NCBI GenBank assembly: GCA_016906335.1
Contig: JADEYG010000004.1
Location: 434,001-498,000, forward strand
DNA: 64,000 nt
Direction of reading: 5' to 3'
DNA from: Novakomyces olei
Taxonomy: Eukaryota
This document shows positions 40,393-52,042 of the stretch, in pieces (position 1 is the first letter of the stretch; the number at the start of each line of letters is the position of its first letter). The position numbers and the translations under genes were made by a program. The notes below the pieces were generated by a model that did no database searches, had not been told where the DNA came from, and worked only from the letters and a program-made list of their open reading frames with translations.

Positions 40393-41661
40393 CGAAAGGT
40401 TTGAATACACGAGTGTCGTACCAGACGATAGATTAAATTTTATGATAGGAGAGCAAGGACATGTAAATTGGATATAATTGGGTATAACAGTAGCAGAAAA
40501 TATTAATATATTATGAAGAGCATGCATGATAAGCACGATTATTGGTAACGCAACATCTTTATGACTGAAAAGGTCGAACAGCCAGCGATGTCAATTAAAG
40601 ATTGCAACGTGATCTTAAACAGTTTTAGTGACTTACACGTACTTGTTCTTTTTGTATGTGCGTATGAAACCAATTCCATTGTCTAAAGTTTGTGACAAAT
40701 TTCCTGTGAAAACGTGTTTTGATTAGTTTCAATCCTGTATTGTCACAAACGCGAATTGGCTCTGCCATTCTGCGTCCGATTCCTCTAATTACCGCTGTGC
40801 GCACAAGTGGAGATTATAAGACTAATTGACAAATTGATGGCCCGCATGTCGAGCAAAACACGAGACCAGCAGCTGGAATTTAAGAGATAGGCTAAGAAGT
40901 AAATGTTAGAAACTCAAGACTTTCAGCTCAAATCATCGAAACAAATCTGAATGAGCTGAGTAAAAGGCCCCAAGTCACTACCAATGGATTCTTATCAGCA
41001 CATTTACGGCTCTGTTAGGCGTGAAACAAGTGCCGAGCAGGAATTTGACATATGTGCTTTTTGAATGTACGAATATTTCCGACACATTAGTTTATGGCTC
41101 AAAGATTGAAACTACAAGTAGTATTCTGTGCGCTGAATATTGCAGTATCGAATAGAGCTAACCCTAGGGTTTAGCTTTCATCGGCGGAAAAATATTTAAC
41201 ACACAAAACGTTGTTAGAAGTCCGCATTTCAACATTGTATAGAAATCATATATTCAAATTATTACACTATTAATAATACAAAGTACGCGGGAGCGTCTAC
41301 AAGCAAACAAGAACTGTAGGAGTCTATACACGCGCCCCTTCATAATCCTTCCTCTAACCTTTTCTCATGCGATAATGCTGAAAACGCAAAAGTGCGTGGT
41401 ATCTCACGGTAGGGACACACAGACAACTCTAGCAATATTCCAAAACCGAACCAAAAATAAACCAAAGAACGAGAAAAAAAAGTTTCAAGAATGAACGGGC
41501 AAACAATTCGATAGCTTATGATCAGCACGCAGAATAGCGATATAGTAACATAAAAAGCAGGCTATATAAACACTGAACTGCACAAAATCAAACATAAAAT
41601 AAATCAAAAATCAACACGAAAGCAAACCAAAAGAACCAATTATCCTCCGCATTCTAACAAT

Positions 41662-43497
41662 TCAAAAATTGCGAATAACTGGCGACCGCCGACCAATGCT
41701 AACTGTAGGGCTCGTAGACCGAGAATTAGTCGTACTCGGCACTCGAGACAACCACCGGCCCGCCGGCAGTTTAGTAGTTGTATTGGCAGACGAAGCAGTA
41801 GATTTACGAGGCGATTCGAGCTCATAAGAATTTTCTTCGTCGCCTGCTTCGTCTTCTTCAGGTTCATACTCCATTGATCCGGCTGCCTTCATTACGCGGC
41901 GGTAAGCTCGTCGTCTTCGGATCCTTGAGAGCAGCCAAGTAACCAATCGTTTGCGCCGTAAATAGCTATAAACGAGCCATGCGAGCAGTACGGAGGCCAC
42001 AGCGAGTCCGATAATGGTCGGAGTAGACAAGAAATGCCTTACGCGAATATCAGGGAACCTTCTACCAAAGTCAGAGTCGGCCGTGCCGACTCCGACGGGC
42101 AGAGCGTTCCATTTAGAGGTGACTGGAACAGTAGAAGCGACATACAGCAGAACTTTGCCCAGTGTCCAACTTACATCGAGGCCATTGATGCGCTTAACGC
42201 TCTTAAAGTGTTCAATCGTGTAGTTTTCACCCACTGTACCGTGAGCAGAAGCAGATCCTGACAATGGCAGTAGCTGCTGAGGCTGCTTGGGTAGCCCAAA
42301 CCCCGAGTGCAGGACGCTCATCATCCACGCAGACTTGAAACAAAATTCTTGCAGTGTTGTTTCGTCCACGTTTTTACGAAACTGGCCTGTTTGCAGTCCC
42401 GCGATTAATTCGTCCCACGGAGTACTACAAAACTGGGCAACTTTTTCGTAAAACGTGGCATAATCATAAGCACCTCCGTGGTCGAATACATCGTTGTTTA
42501 AATGGTAGTATTCGCTTATACCCACAAACTGATTGACCTGGAAATCAATGTGGGGAGCGTGTGAGCCAGTAAGGAGGCAGGCATTCTGAGCACAGGCCTC
42601 CTTTTCATCCAAGACATGTGCAAGTTTATCAATGCAGGCCGCCAATTTGCCCTGGCCAATCACAGCTGTCCCACTCTCGAGTTGCTGCCGGTGCCCCTCC
42701 GGCAGACACGGGTCCCGTACGGTTGAATGACGCGCCAACGCGTCTAGCTGCCTTAGGTACTCCTGGCGCGCCTGATTGGCTCCCAGTCCCAGCCACGAGC
42801 TTACGTAAACTCGCCACTCACGGCTGCTACCGCCCACTGTTCGCAGCCTTACTCGCATCAGCTCTTCATCGTGCTTCATTGCTTCCGTCGAATTTGGGGC
42901 AAAAGCAATTTGCACAGAGGCACCACCCATATCGAGAAATCCGCTGGTGTACCTTTTGTTGCCCAGGATATTCTGCTCGTGATCGAGTCCGCCAGTCAGG
43001 TAGTTTACGGCGAGCCACCCGTAAAGGCCCTCCATTACTCCCGAGATCACAGACACGTCCTCCTCACAGTCCCTCAGCAAAAACGGAGAGTGCTCTTTCA
43101 TATAGCTGCAAGCACTCTGCAGCAGCTGGCGCTGCTGTGAGGTGGGGAGCAGCCGCATCCCTGCAGTGGCAGCCAGAAAAATAGGAGTCTGTCTCGCCTG
43201 ATCTTGCGGCACTACACCCGTAGCAAACTCCAGCAGCTCTGCCAAATGGTCTGAGCCTACTGCCTCTGGCGCGTCTGCAAACGCGGAAATTCCAGGATGG
43301 ATCTTTTTATGCCAGTTGCGTCCCCCCTCTGTGCCCGTCGTGATTAGAGGAATTGAGGCCAAAGCCGTAGCATTGGCCTCCGCCTGTGCTACAGCATTGT
43401 CCAGCCACGAGTACACGTAAAGCCGTGATCCTGATGAGCCGCAATCGATGACGATAGCCCACCGCCTGTCGCGGCGCCAAGAGGCGCCGTCGCTCAT
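41662..43497 (-). CDS. YND1: Golgi apyrase Ynd1 (GDA1/CD39 family)
   Basis: Apyrase conserved regions DCGSSGSR, ATAGMRLL, EGLYGWLAVNY, DMGGASVQ, SWTLG; C-terminal TM. Confidence 0.9.
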   Translation of the reverse strand: MSDGASWRRDRRWAIVIDCGSSGSRLYVYSWLDNAVAQAEANATALASIPLITTGTEGGRNWHKKIHPGISAFADAPEAVGSDHLAELLEFATGVVPQDQARQTPIFLAATAGMRLLPTSQQRQLLQSACSYMKEHSPFLLRDCEEDVSVISGVMEGLYGWLAVNYLTGGLDHEQNILGNKRYTSGFLDMGGASVQIAFAPNSTEAMKHDEELMRVRLRTVGGSSREWRVYVSSWLGLGANQARQEYLRQLDALARHSTVRDPCLPEGHRQQLESGTAVIGQGKLAACIDKLAHVLDEKEACAQNACLLTGSHAPHIDFQVNQFVGISEYYHLNNDVFDHGGAYDYATFYEKVAQFCSTPWDELIAGLQTGQFRKNVDETTLQEFCFKSAWMMSVLHSGFGLPKQPQQLLPLSGSASAHGTVGENYTIEHFKSVKRINGLDVSWTLGKVLLYVASTVPVTSKWNALPVGVGTADSDFGRRFPDIRVRHFLSTPTIIGLAVASVLLAWLVYSYLRRKRLVTWLLSRIRRRRAYRRVMKAAGSMEYEPEEDEAGDEENSYELESPRKSTASSANTTTKLPAGRWLSRVPSTTNSRSTSPTVSIGRRSPVIRNF

Positions 43498-43863
43498 TGG
43501 TTTCGTGATACGGTTTGGTTTCCCAAACTGTAGACGCCCATCAACGACTATTTTGCTATTACGGCGCCAAGTGTTGATATATGATTATTTGTAGTGTCTA
43601 TATATTTTTTTAGGGTTATTTATTCTCTGTAGGGTTAGGGTTGATATATAATTATTTGCTGGATTGATATTAGCTCCATACAATAAAATCATTATTATAG
43701 TATGCTTACTGTAAGCTTACTGCAGGATTCAGGCTTACGCCTGTAGATAATTCTTTGTCAAATTCATTATTTACTACCTTTTCAGTTGTATCTCTATTGC
43801 GCGTGGTTTAATCCGCACAAACCGTTCCTGCCTACACATACACTGTATATACAAATCGTCTAA

Positions 43864-44625
43864 TCATTCCCGCCGACGGATTCGCCGCTTAAATTCTGCC
43901 GGTGTCTCTATCTTGCCGGGCTTCTTCCTGCTCAGTAGGCTGCGTAACCGCTGGCGCCAAGTGGTATCAGCTTTGCTGATTGCCTTCTTTCCTGCCCACA
44001 TCCCAATCCTTTTATCCTTTGCCCTTTGTAGCAGCCGACGCAGCTTCTTCTCACGCTCAGGTCCACCGTACTCTGCGCCAGCTTGATCGAATACATCAGC
44101 CATTCCATTCCTCACCATTTCTTCACCAACTGATTTTGGAATTGGAGAAAACGCGTGCGTCCGTACGCGTACGGTGGCCACTACGCGGTCGTATCTGTCA
44201 CGCGAATGGGGTTGGACGCGTACCCTTTTGCCAATCAAATATTTGCGCAACCAGCGCAATGACTCTGGGCCGTGTGGCTGTGCAGGGTTGCCGAAATGTG
44301 CACACTCTGGAGCATCGACTCCAGCAATTCTTATAGCCAGAGTTTCATGTGAAAGTCTTGCGCGCGTCTTGGGAACGCGTCTGAGCCAGCCCCAGCCTGT
44401 AAGAACGCCTCCAGGTGTATGGAAAAAGCGAAAATTATCTCCGTCTCCCACCCGTGTACAACGGCCAAACAGAGTCCGACGCGATCCAGGTGCGAGAAAA
44501 GAGCTGGGCAGGTCATTGATGTTCCGGATCGGCCTGAGAAACGTTCGGTACGCACGTGCGCCAGCAACTGCAGTGCCTACAAGGACTGTTGCGACCGCAA
44601 GAGAATCGAAATTGATATCATTCAT
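43864..44625 (-). CDS. LCL3: Staphylococcal-nuclease-domain endonuclease Lcl3
   Basis: VGDGDNFRFFHTPGG...GWGWLR, RIAGVDAPE.AHFG, DRYDRVVATV, ETPAEFKRR. Confidence 0.9.
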   Translation of the reverse strand: MNDINFDSLAVATVLVGTAVAGARAYRTFLRPIRNINDLPSSFLAPGSRRTLFGRCTRVGDGDNFRFFHTPGGVLTGWGWLRRVPKTRARLSHETLAIRIAGVDAPECAHFGNPAQPHGPESLRWLRKYLIGKRVRVQPHSRDRYDRVVATVRVRTHAFSPIPKSVGEEMVRNGMADVFDQAGAEYGGPEREKKLRRLLQRAKDKRIGMWAGKKAISKADTTWRQRLRSLLSRKKPGKIETPAEFKRRIRRRE

Positions 44626-45670
44626 AGTGAGCCATTTGGCATCGCCAACTCAAACATTATTTTGTGTGACGCTTGGGATTTTGACGGTCAGAACACTCCT
44701 GCGTCAAGATACCCGTACATTCGTTCTGCTAACAACAAGTATATTAAAGAAATATAGTATGGAAATAAGTGCGGTTAAATAGCGTTAGGGTTTATACTTT
44801 TTAAATTGGGCGCGTTCATATGAGACTATTGATAGACATAGACCTATCGGGCACTGCTGTCACACTGAGCAGACATAATGGATATTATACGCAAATATTT
44901 CAAACTCGGCCAACTACTACTTTATTTATAATGTTAAATATATATATATATATTATATATATTAATACATATTATTAATTTAATAACTAAAATAATTTAT
45001 AATATTATATATATCTTATTATGATATAAATATATCTTTTTATAGTATAAATATATATATCTTATTATATTATTATATAAAAATGTATAGTAGCAGATAT
45101 AGGTTAATTGGTCTACTAAACCTCGACGACTACATGTGAATGCAGTGGCGCTATGTAGACCGACCGTAATATGTGTAAACGCCTCCTTCATAGAGACAGA
45201 ATTTATACTGAATGCCGTTTGCTCTAGTTGACGATTTACCCGCATTATTTAATCCATTTTTGAATTGCCTCTACCCTGCTATGCCACATTCGGTCGATCA
45301 CTCTGTCTTATAATTATTACAAGACAATCTTGCTCTCATACGTTATTAATCGCCTATAAAATTTCAATCTTGCAGCCAAAAACTCTAATTTCGATCGGTA
45401 GTAGAGGACGCTTTAATTGGAAGCAGATAACTGTCGGAGCGGCAAAGCGGCAATAATCTCCGCAAGACACTCTCCGTCGCTGATGATCAGCACACTAAAT
45501 AATTTCTGGTAGTGCCGCGCTAAAATCGTAACTTCATTCCCTGCCATCACGTGACCAACTTAATTGGGCCGCAAGTATGACAGGTGTCTCTTACTTGGCG
45601 ATGAATAATCAATCATGCGATGCCTGAGAAATGTATGTAGCGAGCAATGACTAAATTAGTAATATAATTA

Positions 45671-45835
45671 ATCAGATAAAAAATAATCTTGCGTCAAAAA
45701 GTGGAGTGAGACGCTCCGACTGTGCGTTTTGCCAGATTTACACAGAACTACTGGGTTTTGAGGTGCGCGTCTTATTGCGCACACTCTACATTTTGCTTCG
45801 TCTTTTTTTTGGTGGCCTAATCGGCCTTATCTGAT
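45671..45835. promoter_or_regulatory. Two inverted ATCAGATAA extended GATA sites upstream of the IDO gene
   Basis: ATCAGATAA at 45671-45679 and TTATCTGAT at 45827-45835 match the ATCWGATAA consensus of SreA/Fep1/Urbs1. Confidence 0.35.
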
Positions 45836-46262
45836 TCGGCGTTGAAGAAGAGCAGGGCTTATTTGGTTGGACTGATCGTTCTGTAGGTAAATAGAAAGAA
45901 TACGTCTAATAAGCAAAGGCGACGCTCGGCTTTATTTTTTTCCCAAGCCTATTGAAGGACTGCTTCGGTCAGAGAGATCGGTACAGAGTTGGCTGTTTCG
46001 TTTACCGAATTCGCTGTTTGATAGAGATCTCACCTCTCATCGAGCTCGGCCCGTCAACTCTTATCGAACTGCGAATCGAGCTCGGCCGCCGCACGTAAAG
46101 CTGCTTGCAACCGCCTTTGCAGGCCCTTTACAGATTCCTTACAGACCGACAAGATCGGTTGTATATATAATAGCCTGCACCTTTTTGTTTTCCGATTCTA
46201 CCATCGGCCATCTCTCGAGTCTTGTCTATTGCGCATTTGCTCCAACTCACTTTTGATTTACG

Positions 46263-47985
46263 ATGCATAACCTTCCGGACCTTCCAGATCTGTCGGATTA
46301 CGGCCTTCAAGAGCTCGGATTTCTTGGTCCGCGGCCTGCCTTACGCCTTGCTGATTCCTACTATGAACCATGGGAATCTGTAATGGACCAGTTCAATGCT
46401 TTCCTTTTTACGAATCGGCTACGCCGGGTCGTCGATAAGGCAAGTCTACAAAATTGCTTACAGTCTTCTAACTCGTAATAGCTGCCTCTTCTTTCGTTGG
46501 ACCACATTCGGAACGAGGCGGAGATGCATCGTGCTTTCCTATTGCTTGCAATGATGGCCCACGGCTATGTATGGAGTGGTGATTCGCCCAGTCAGGTATG
46601 TGCATCTCGTCGAGCTCTTTTTTGTTTGTTTGTTTTTTTTGTTTGTTTATTTACTAACCTTTTAAAAGATTCTGCCTGCGGCTGTCGCGGTACCATGGAT
46701 GCACGCGGCAAAACGACTGGGCATGCAGCCGGCAATATGTCATGCGGCCGTCTGCCTATGGAACTACCGAGTCCTTTGTCCCGACGAAGAGATAGACTTT
46801 GGAAATGTGGCCGCGTTGTATACTTTTACCGGCAGCGAAGACGAGTCCTGGTTCTATCTAGTATCCACAGTAATAGAAGCACGAGGAGCTCAATTCTTGC
46901 GGTTCCTTTTAGTCGCAATCGCAGCGGCCCGAGAGGACGATGTGCTTAGATTCGCTCATGCTTTGCAGAATATGGCTCTTATACTCGATACAATTTGCCA
47001 CATGTTATCACGAATGCCGGAGAAAACTGACCCACAGTATTTTTATAGGCGTATACGACCTTGGCTGGCTGCCGGTAAAGGAATGGAACCGGTAGGACTG
47101 CCAAAAGGCATTTTCTTTCAAGGCTGTCCTAGTGAAACTGATCCTAATGGGACTTGGCTTCAGCTTTCCGGAGGTAGCAATGCCCAGTCTGCCCTTATTC
47201 AAGCCTTTGATATTGGATTAGGTATAGAACACTACCCAGACTCTCCCGCCAAAGGCCCTGCCTCTGGGAACGCTTACCTTCGATCTATGCAGGATTACAT
47301 GCCCAGCCAACATCGGGAGTTTCTTCATCATCTCGAGACTGTTGCAAATGTTCGGCAGTACGCGACGCGTAACGCGCATCAATTAGACAGACGCGTCGGA
47401 GACGCGTATGATGCGTGTGTCGCGTTATTAACGGATTTCCGTAATAGACATTTGCAAATTGTATCGCGTTTTATCGTTATCCCTGCGGCCGATGTGCGAA
47501 TGAATCGAACTTCTGCCGCCGCCTCAGTAGCAGCGCCTTCTAATGCCGGAGATGATCTGCATAGACTAAAGCTGCGTGGGCTCAGTGCTACTCAGACTGA
47601 GGATTCATCTAAACTGACGGGGACAGGGGGGACGAATTTAATGGCGTTTTGTAAGCGATACATCCTTGTCATATTTATATTTTTGTTTATATTTGTATAT
47701 TGTATCCACCTTCTAACATTTCTAGTGCGGAAAATTCGCAATGAAACAGAATCAGGGCTCCTAGAATACAATCAGCCTCCACAGAAAAAGAAGACTATAA
47801 AGTCCACAGAGACTAAAGACGCCCGCAAAAGTGTTGCATCTCCGTGTTCACCAACAACGTCGACCCCTAAATTCATTAATGCATGGAACTCTCAAGACTT
47901 TTGGGAATCGCCTGGTTGCAAATGCCCGGAAAGCAACGGCAAAGCTGGGTTTTTGGATATTCGAGAAGGCCTTTGCACACTATAA
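46263..47985 (+). CDS. BNA2: Indoleamine 2,3-dioxygenase
   Basis: AHGYVW, TFTGSEDESWFYLVS, FYRRIRPWLA, GGSNAQS, YMP..HR.FL, FR..H.QIVSR.I, GTGGT; introns 46440-46481 (GC-AG), about 46596-46668, 47651-47725. Confidence 0.93.
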
Positions 47986-48406
47986 AAATTTGATTACATG
48001 TCTCTTGCATATTGCATTCTAAAATGACTACTGTAATTTATGAATGATCGTACTCTTCATTTGCTTACTAGTATCGCTTAAATTAATACAATTTTATTCT
48101 TTGATTTGTGCTGTTTATGATTTCCGTATCACCAAATGTAATTGTCCACAACAACAGTATTCCCGTATATGCATTCGGCTTTTGGTCAAGTCCAATGTGT
48201 GCAAACGATACTATCAATGACTAATCATTATCATTTATGATCGATAATAAACGTCAGTTCATGCATCATGAATGATTGATTATATTTCAACTCATACATA
48301 TATGTACCTCATGCTACTCTTTCGCCTGTTTAAAATATCAGAATTGATGGGACAGTGGACTTGTTAGATTATGGAAAAAAAGTAATTAAATTTAAATGTT
48401 TCCCAA

Positions 48407-49820
48407 TTAAACTGCCACCGCCTCGCCAATCAGTCCACCGCAGCCTACAACAGTAAGATCAATTCCAACGTTAAAGACGGGCTCAAATTTTGGCAATTCG
48501 CGTACGAGATGCCTTCGTTGAGGAGACTCGGCGGACAATGGGATATCTTCCATTGGGGCAGTTAGAGACCTAGCTTCCTCTGTATCGAGCGCACCTGGAG
48601 AGCTCCCGACTTGAACAGATCTTAATGCCGTCTCAACCTCACGTACACGTTCTTCCAACACAGATCTTATATTATCATCGTCATCGTGATTGTGAGAGGT
48701 GGATAGCGTAGATTGTTTGCCTTGTTTTTGCAATCGAGAGATTTGATCAAGCATTGTAGAATTTTCTGTTTGTAAGGCCGCTGATCGAGCTAATGCTTCC
48801 TGAAGTCGTGTGTGTTCTTGTGCGTGTGATGCCTGCAGAGACTCTAATTTTTGCTTGCACTGAGAAAGCTCGGTTTCCAGTCGGGTTTGTGCCTCTGCTG
48901 CGAGCAATATTCGCTGCTCTAAAGCCTTGCTTTCTTCCTCAGACTTGGTTTGCGCCTCTTTGCTCTCGGCTATTTCCTTCGTGTAACTTTCTATCTCTGC
49001 TTGCAAACGGGCATTGTCTAATTGCAAGGAGGCCATGTCTCCACGAGCTTTTTCTGCCTCTTCAAGTCGGTCATCGCGATCTTGCAGTTGCGACTGGAGC
49101 CGACGAATCGCCGATTCTTTTGCCTCCAATGCGTCGTTCAGTTTGCCAAGTTCATTAATCTGTTTGCCAATTAGTATTTAGCGGGAGGAGATGCGCGATG
49201 AAAAATGGGTTTATAACCCTAAATCTTGTTGATTGCGATAGTATTTGCGACCATTTTCTCTTTAACCCTATTTTAGGGTCTCGTAAAGCTTACCAGTTCT
49301 TCATTATCTTCTCGCCCATCCCCGTGTTCGCTAACATGATCGGGACTAGCTTCTTTATTTGGCTGCTCCTGTTCTAAAGGCTCAGTTTCTTCCTCCAAGG
49401 GTTTGGCTTCCTGTCTTGATTCAGTCTCCGATTCCAAAGAGCCCCGTGGTTTGTCTTCACTATCATAGTTTCCTTCAAGCTTATTCTCCTCGTTTCCTTC
49501 GAGCCTAGTATTTGATTAGATGACGCAAGACAAAGAATCAAACGAATTAGCTTTAATCAAAAAAGATAAAAGAGAATGAATGGGGCCAGATTGAAAATAG
49601 AATGAAGCTTAAACATAGGTTGTTGTTGATATATTCGATAGAAATGCATACTCATTCGCATCCTGGGTGGTGGGTGTTGCGGCTTTGCCGTTGTCCGTCG
49701 CTCTCTTCTTTTTTCTTTTGTCCGCCTGCTTTTTAAGTCATATTGTCCAGTTAAGAATAAAGACTATACGTATTTCTTCTTGGCCGCCGCCAATCGTGCT
49801 TCACGTGTTGCGTCCGCCAT
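48407..49820 (-). CDS. Coiled-coil golgin, Bug1/GM130-like
   Basis: N-terminus MADATREARLAAAKKKY, basic patch, acidic linker, long coiled coil, C-terminal IDL....GG..GEAVAV resembling a GRASP-binding tail; three introns (first acceptor ambiguous). Confidence 0.55.
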
Positions 49821-50951
49821 TTAGGTTAGTCAATTGCTCGAATCAGATAATCAATCTATGTCTGTCATACAGCTCTTACATTACGTGCTGGATCCATACA
49901 GTGTGCTTATTAGGGTTATCACTTCAATCGAAATATTATCAGGGTTAGGTTTAGGGTTAATATAATTGATCAAAACTGGCATAAGATCTCGATAAATCTC
50001 ACATATTGATTGCACATTATACAGAGAGTAAGAGTAGCATGTGGCACACCATAATTGTAAGAATTTCTGTGTTCTGAAGCTATGAAAATTGCGTCTGTTA
50101 TGTGCCAAAGTTCTCTAACCACTCGCCGCAAAATATAAACTTCATCGGATTGAGTTTTGAACGATTTTTGATTCCATTGATTATGGGTATTGCTTTTGCA
50201 AGTAAAACAAGGGTCTAGAAGACCAGGACAGTGAATTCCAGATAAATGTCATATGTGTTTCCACTATCGGTATCATGTCTGTCGCATTGCTGTAAATGGA
50301 TATATAAATAAAAAAGAGAAAACGAAATTTTGCAGATGTTTGAAGCCTCAGCTTACGATTAAAAACGACAGCGCCAAAACCGTATCCATTCCATTCCATT
50401 AACTTTATTTTAATCTTCCTCCTCCCCTATAAAGCATTCGTCCAATTAGGGGAGCGGTCAACTGCTTTCCTTTCAATTACGATATTTCATCAAGTACCCG
50501 GACTTTTCCGTTTAATACCCGTCCCACAATATTTTTCAAAATCGTTGGGAATGAAATGTGGTACCTCTGATCTTAAAACATTTTCTGATATTGTTACACT
50601 GCGGCATATAGCCGCGTCGAAATAAGAATTCGTCAGTTCCATGTTCGGAGACAGACTAAAATTCAAATAAGAAAATCAAATCAGCCATACAAGTCCAGCT
50701 CGCCGACGAAATGTGTGCCTAGCACATTTGACGCTCGATAGCGTAAAAACAGAAACAAAGTTAAAAATCGAAAACAAACAATCAATAATCATCTTTCCAA
50801 TTAATAACGAGCAGCAAGAACAAAAAAATCCAAAATATTTCAGAATAATTAAAATATAAGCACTGAAAAACAATAGAAGCCCAACGTTAAATCAGCATTG
50901 TACTATAAAATGTAACAAATCGATCATGGAACAAATATATGTCGAAACTGA

Positions 50952-52042
50952 CTACATGATAGAGCAACTTGAGCAGCAGCCTGACGGTTGCTCTTCATTG
51001 TCTTGTTCGAGAGGCTCACGCAAAGTTGAGGAGTTGTTTGTGGCAGCTCTCCGGGTATTTAAATTTTGCTCACGATTGAATCTACGAATTTCCCTGACAA
51101 GATTATAGAAAGCCTCGTCCACATTGAGACGCTGTTTGGCCGATGTCTCCATATACTTGCACCCAAACTGCTGTGCTAGCTGCTGGCCCTCTATTATATT
51201 AGAAACACTGGAGCATATCTAAAAATCAAAAGCAAATTTACCGTAAACAGAGACTTGCCGCTCGCTTTCAAGATCAGACTTATTTGCGACAAGTACCATA
51301 GGAAAGTAATCCTTGTCTTTGACTCGCAAAATCTGCTGTTGGAAGGTGAGGAGTTCCTCAAATGATTCCCTGTTGATCAGAATACAGTCAATAGCACATA
51401 TAGGAAATATGATAAAATTTCATATCCCGGGTGAAGAGAATAAATAAGCAGATATTTTAGACAGTGTTGCAGAAAACGGCTAGATTCTAACGCAGACCAA
51501 CCGTACACAAAATAACAGCAATCATTTTAATACAATAAAAAGTAACATAAAGCATGGGTACCTTGACGTTATGCTATAGACAAGGAGGAAGCCTTCACCG
51601 GTACGGATATACTGCTCTCGCATTGCAGAATACTCTTCTTGACCCGCAGTGTCTAGCACGTCCATTATAGCCACTTCATCATCAATGACGCATTGCTTTC
51701 TATAGCTATCTGTCATCGTTAGAGTTACGCACTTTAATTACTGCAACTTACCCTCAATTGTAGGATCGTATTCATCGACAAAGTGGGATTGTATCAATTG
51801 AATTGTAAGCGCTGATTTGCCGACACCTCCGCCGCCGACTACAACTGGTTTGTATTCTCGAGTAACGCCCTTTTCAAATTAGACTACCATCACCATCAAG
51901 ACTTTAGAAAAAAGGCAAAAGCATTGCGACAGATTGGAAAATAATGTTTATCGCAAAGTCTCTTCAAACAGGGTACTAAAACAGTCTAACAGTAATCAAT
52001 TACCCTTGAAACTTGCCGTTGCCGAACGTCCGATAGCGACAT
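50952..52042 (-). CDS. RAS1: Ras GTPase
   Basis: [65 protein letters not shown]; four coding introns. Confidence 0.96.

Noticed and set aside
42618..44782. Long antisense or alternate-frame ORFs over YND1 and LCL3 (and over the MFS gene)
   Set aside because: Shadow ORFs of GC-richer coding regions with no independent features
49745..49775. Possible AT-AC/U12-type intron in the golgin gene (ATACGT..TTCTTAAC..AC)
   Set aside because: AT-AC splicing leads to in-frame stops, whereas a GT-AG intron restores the frame; no RTATCCTT donors were found in any reconstructed intron
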